Shown here one piece after another: positions 39,154-41,538 of a stretch of 41,538 nucleotides of DNA. Source of the DNA: Alphaproteobacteria bacterium (GTDB taxonomy: Bacteria > Pseudomonadota > Alphaproteobacteria > 16-39-46 > JAJRRM01); assembly GCA_024279475.1 (NCBI GenBank), contig JAJRRM010000080.1, positions 1 to 41,538 on the forward strand. The letters are read 5' to 3'. The notes under the pieces are model-generated. The model was not told the DNA's origin, searched no databases, and saw nothing but the letters and a program-made list of their open reading frames with translations. The translations under genes and the position numbers were made by a program. The first letter of the stretch is position 1. Each line of letters opens with the position of its first letter.

Positions 39154-39803
39154 CTATGTTTTATATTCTTTATCAAAAGCCACACTCGATGATCTTTATC
39201 ATCTACCTCTTGTAGAATATCTCTAATTGAGATTACGTCAACATCAAAGTTCCATTTTTTTCGAGCCTCATCTATTTCTTTTTGAAAATTAAGACCTTTC
39301 CAAAAAAGAGCAGTACCTGTTTTTATAAGTTTATTAGAAGTATATTCAAGCAACTTATTTAACCTGGATACTCCCCGTGACACAACAAGGCCTACCTTTT
39401 CAAGATCTACTTCTTCTATTCTTGTAGGTATAATTTCAACATTCAAAGAAAGACTTTTTTTAAAGTAAGTAAGAGCTATACATTTCTTTTTTATAGATTC
39501 ACATAAAATACCTTTTACCTTTGGCAGGATAATGCTAATTGGTATACCAGGAAATCCTCCTCCAGAACCTATATCCAAAAACCTTCTAGTAGAAAAAACC
39601 TTCTCTTCTCCCTCACCATAACATAGAGCCACGTACCCAAGGAAACTGTCCATAATATGTCGATCCCAAAGATTACAAACATCTTTTCTACTTACTAAAT
39701 TGATGGTTTTATTAACTTCTTTTAAAATATCTTCATATTCTTTTAAATTTTGAATTGTTTCACGTGAAACAATTTTAGAAATATCATTTAGAGATTGTAA
39801 CAT
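39150..39803 (-). CDS. rsmG: 16S rRNA m7G527 methyltransferase
   Basis: VSRET, NLVS, RHIMDS and DIGSGGGFPG. Upstream of parA. Confidence 0.93.
   Translation of the reverse strand: MLQSLNDISKIVSRETIQNLKEYEDILKEVNKTINLVSRKDVCNLWDRHIMDSFLGYVALCYGEGEEKVFSTRRFLDIGSGGGFPGIPISIILPKVKGILCESIKKKCIALTYFKKSLSLNVEIIPTRIEEVDLEKVGLVVSRGVSRLNKLLEYTSNKLIKTGTALFWKGLNFQKEIDEARKKWNFDVDVISIRDILQEVDDKDHRVWLLIKNIKHR
39756..39771. promoter_or_regulatory. parS: parS centromere site
   Basis: Perfect consensus TGTTTCACGTGAAACA. The palindrome extends to 22 bp (39753-39774) and lies about 600 bp from parA. Confidence 0.92.
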
Positions 39804-39810
39804 AGTAAAA

Positions 39811-41067
39811 TTAAGAATTCATAGTGTTAAAAAAATCTTCATTAGTTTTAGCATACTTCAATTTTCCTGTAAGAAATTCCATAGCTTCAATAGAGTTCAT
39901 TGGGTTAAGCACTCGGCGCAATACCCACATTTTAGAAAGCGTAGCTTTATCAACGAGCAACTCTTCCTTGCGTGTCCCTGTACGAGAAATATCCATAGAT
40001 GGATAAATTCTCTTATCAGATAATTTACGATCCAAAACAATTTCACTATTACCCGTTCCTTTGAATTCCTCAAAAATAACCTCATCCATACGAGACCCTG
40101 TTTCAATAAGAGCAGTAGAGATAATAGTTAATGATCCCCCAAATTCAATATTACGAGCCGCACCAAAAAATCTTTTAGGTCTTTGAAGTGCATTAGCATC
40201 TACGCCACCCGTTAAAACCTTACCAGAAGAAGGAATAACTGTATTATACGCTCTAGCCAAACGAGTAATAGAGTCTAATAAAATCACAACATCTATTTTT
40301 TGCTCAACGAGCCTTTTTGCTTTTTCTATAACCATTTCAGCAACTTGGACGTGACGAGAAGCGGGCTCATCAAAAGTAGAGCTTACCACTTCACCCTTAA
40401 CAGTACGAGACATATCAGTTACTTCTTCTGGACGCTCATCAATCAAAAGAACAATCAAATATATTTCTGGATGATTAGCCTCTATGGCATGTGCAATATT
40501 TTTAAGCATTACTGTTTTGCCTGTACGCGGTGGAGCTGTTATAAGAGCTCGCTGCCCTTTACCCAGGGGCGCAACTAAATCAATAACCCTCAGACTCAGG
40601 TCTTTTACCGCTGGATGATCTATTTCCAATTTCAAGCGCTGATCTGGATATAATGGCGTGAGATTGTCAAAATTAATTCTGTTTTTAAGCTTCTCTGTAT
40701 CATCAAAGTTAACTTTATTAAGCTTAGTCATAGAAAAATATTTTTCCCCATCTCTAGGGGCTCTTATTTCACCTTCTAGTGTATCTCCTGTTCTTAATAC
40801 ATTTTTTCTAACAATAGAGGGGGATACATAAATATCATCTGGACCAGGGAGATAATTTGATTCAACAGACCTCAAAAAGCCAAAACCATCTTGTACGACT
40901 TCTAAAACACCTTGTCCAAAAATAGCTATTCCCTGTTGAGCCTTTTCTTTTAAGATAGCAAACATCATTTCTTGCTTTCTTAAAGAGCTTGCATTTTCAA
41001 TACCGAGACCTTCTGCACAAAGCAATAATTCTTGCGGGGATTTTTTCTTTAACTCTTGTAATTTCAT
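39811..41067 (-). CDS. rho: Transcription termination factor Rho
   Basis: [39 protein letters not shown] and EEFKGTGN. Confidence 0.98.
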   Translation of the reverse strand: MKLQELKKKSPQELLLCAEGLGIENASSLRKQEMMFAILKEKAQQGIAIFGQGVLEVVQDGFGFLRSVESNYLPGPDDIYVSPSIVRKNVLRTGDTLEGEIRAPRDGEKYFSMTKLNKVNFDDTEKLKNRINFDNLTPLYPDQRLKLEIDHPAVKDLSLRVIDLVAPLGKGQRALITAPPRTGKTVMLKNIAHAIEANHPEIYLIVLLIDERPEEVTDMSRTVKGEVVSSTFDEPASRHVQVAEMVIEKAKRLVEQKIDVVILLDSITRLARAYNTVIPSSGKVLTGGVDANALQRPKRFFGAARNIEFGGSLTIISTALIETGSRMDEVIFEEFKGTGNSEIVLDRKLSDKRIYPSMDISRTGTRKEELLVDKATLSKMWVLRRVLNPMNSIEAMEFLTGKLKYAKTNEDFFNTMNS

Positions 41068-41429
41068 TTGGGATGTTTTTTCCTATGCCTAGAATAAGGA
41101 CCTCTACGAAAAACCATTATCACATAGTAATATTAAAAAACAAGAAAAAAATACATATTATTTTTAAAGAAGCGCAATACCTTATTTAGGTAACATCCTT
41201 AACTAAAATTGAGATACTTTTTCTAATTCTCCATCTGCCTCTACAGAAGCATATATTGCTTCGTGTCTTATCCTAAAAATTTCAAAACCTCCCAAAAGAA
41301 ATAGCGACCTCACTTAAAGCATCTAAAAAAATAGAAAGAAAAAAAGGAAAATTTACAAAAAAGGATTTATTAATAATTGAGAATAAATTTTTGGAATTTG
41401 GACTTTCATTAAAAAGCCTTTTTTAGATA

Positions 41430-41538
41430 CACTGCGCTATTAATTGAATGATCTATCGTAGCTCCATATAATCATGAGTCTTCTAGATTCCTGTAACTAA
41501 GAGAGAACCTGAGCTTCATATAGACAAACATCCTATAA
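41430..41538 (-). mobile_element. Degraded IS6-family transposase N-terminal fragment (second subtype)
   Basis: The minus strand reads MFVYMKLRFSLSYRNLED(S*LY)GATIDHS, matching the IS6 pattern ..Y.RFSLSYRDLEE....G..IDH. It runs off the window end. Confidence 0.6.

Noticed and set aside
2343-41189. Short overlapping ORFs in the track (e.g. 2343, 7330, 7843, 12551, 14030, 18725, 22154, 22910, 24903, 27668, 30955, 34587, 35402, 35740, 36201, 39824, 39897, 40300, 40989)
   Set aside because: Antisense or alternate-frame shadows of well-supported genes, with no motifs.
41210-41290. Minus-strand peptide RIRHEAIYASV resembling the IS30 'SHETIY' motif
   Set aside because: Too short and degenerate to support without a search.
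41068-41430. oriC upstream of rho
   Set aside because: AT-rich, but I found no perfect DnaA boxes or CtrA TTAA-N7-TTAA sites.

Overview
AT-rich chromosomal window from an alphaproteobacterium. A host-associated, Holosporales-like lineage is inferred from gene content, IS debris and a BspA-type LRR protein. Most of it is housekeeping: MFS pump, Slt, cspA, an SDR-MFP-RND operon (MFP split by one frameshift), ffs-dnaX-ybaB-recR, ahpC, psd-pssA, msbA-DUF374-waaA-lpxK, a CapD-like dehydratase, EVE, ctaA, pgk, a GltD/PyrK-like fused oxidoreductase, ygfZ, three glycosyltransferases and rho-rsmG-parA-parB, with a perfect parS inside rsmG. A ~4 kb decaying accessory island (29.7-33.7 kb) contains two 139-bp IS6-derived direct repeats. 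Between them lie resolvase remnants, an AbiEi/AbiEii type IV toxin-antitoxin pair (intact antitoxin, doubly inactivated toxin) and a YhcG/DUF1016 fragment. Features missing from the ORF track include the 5'-truncated 25-aa LRR gene, the SRP RNA, a candidate ~240-nt sRNA with its own promoter and terminator, a sulfotransferase-like pseudogene and further IS6 remnants. I see no CRISPR array and cannot support a clearly new multi-gene system. The best leads are the candidate sRNA, the IS6-bounded island and the single-chain NfnB/NfnA-like protein.
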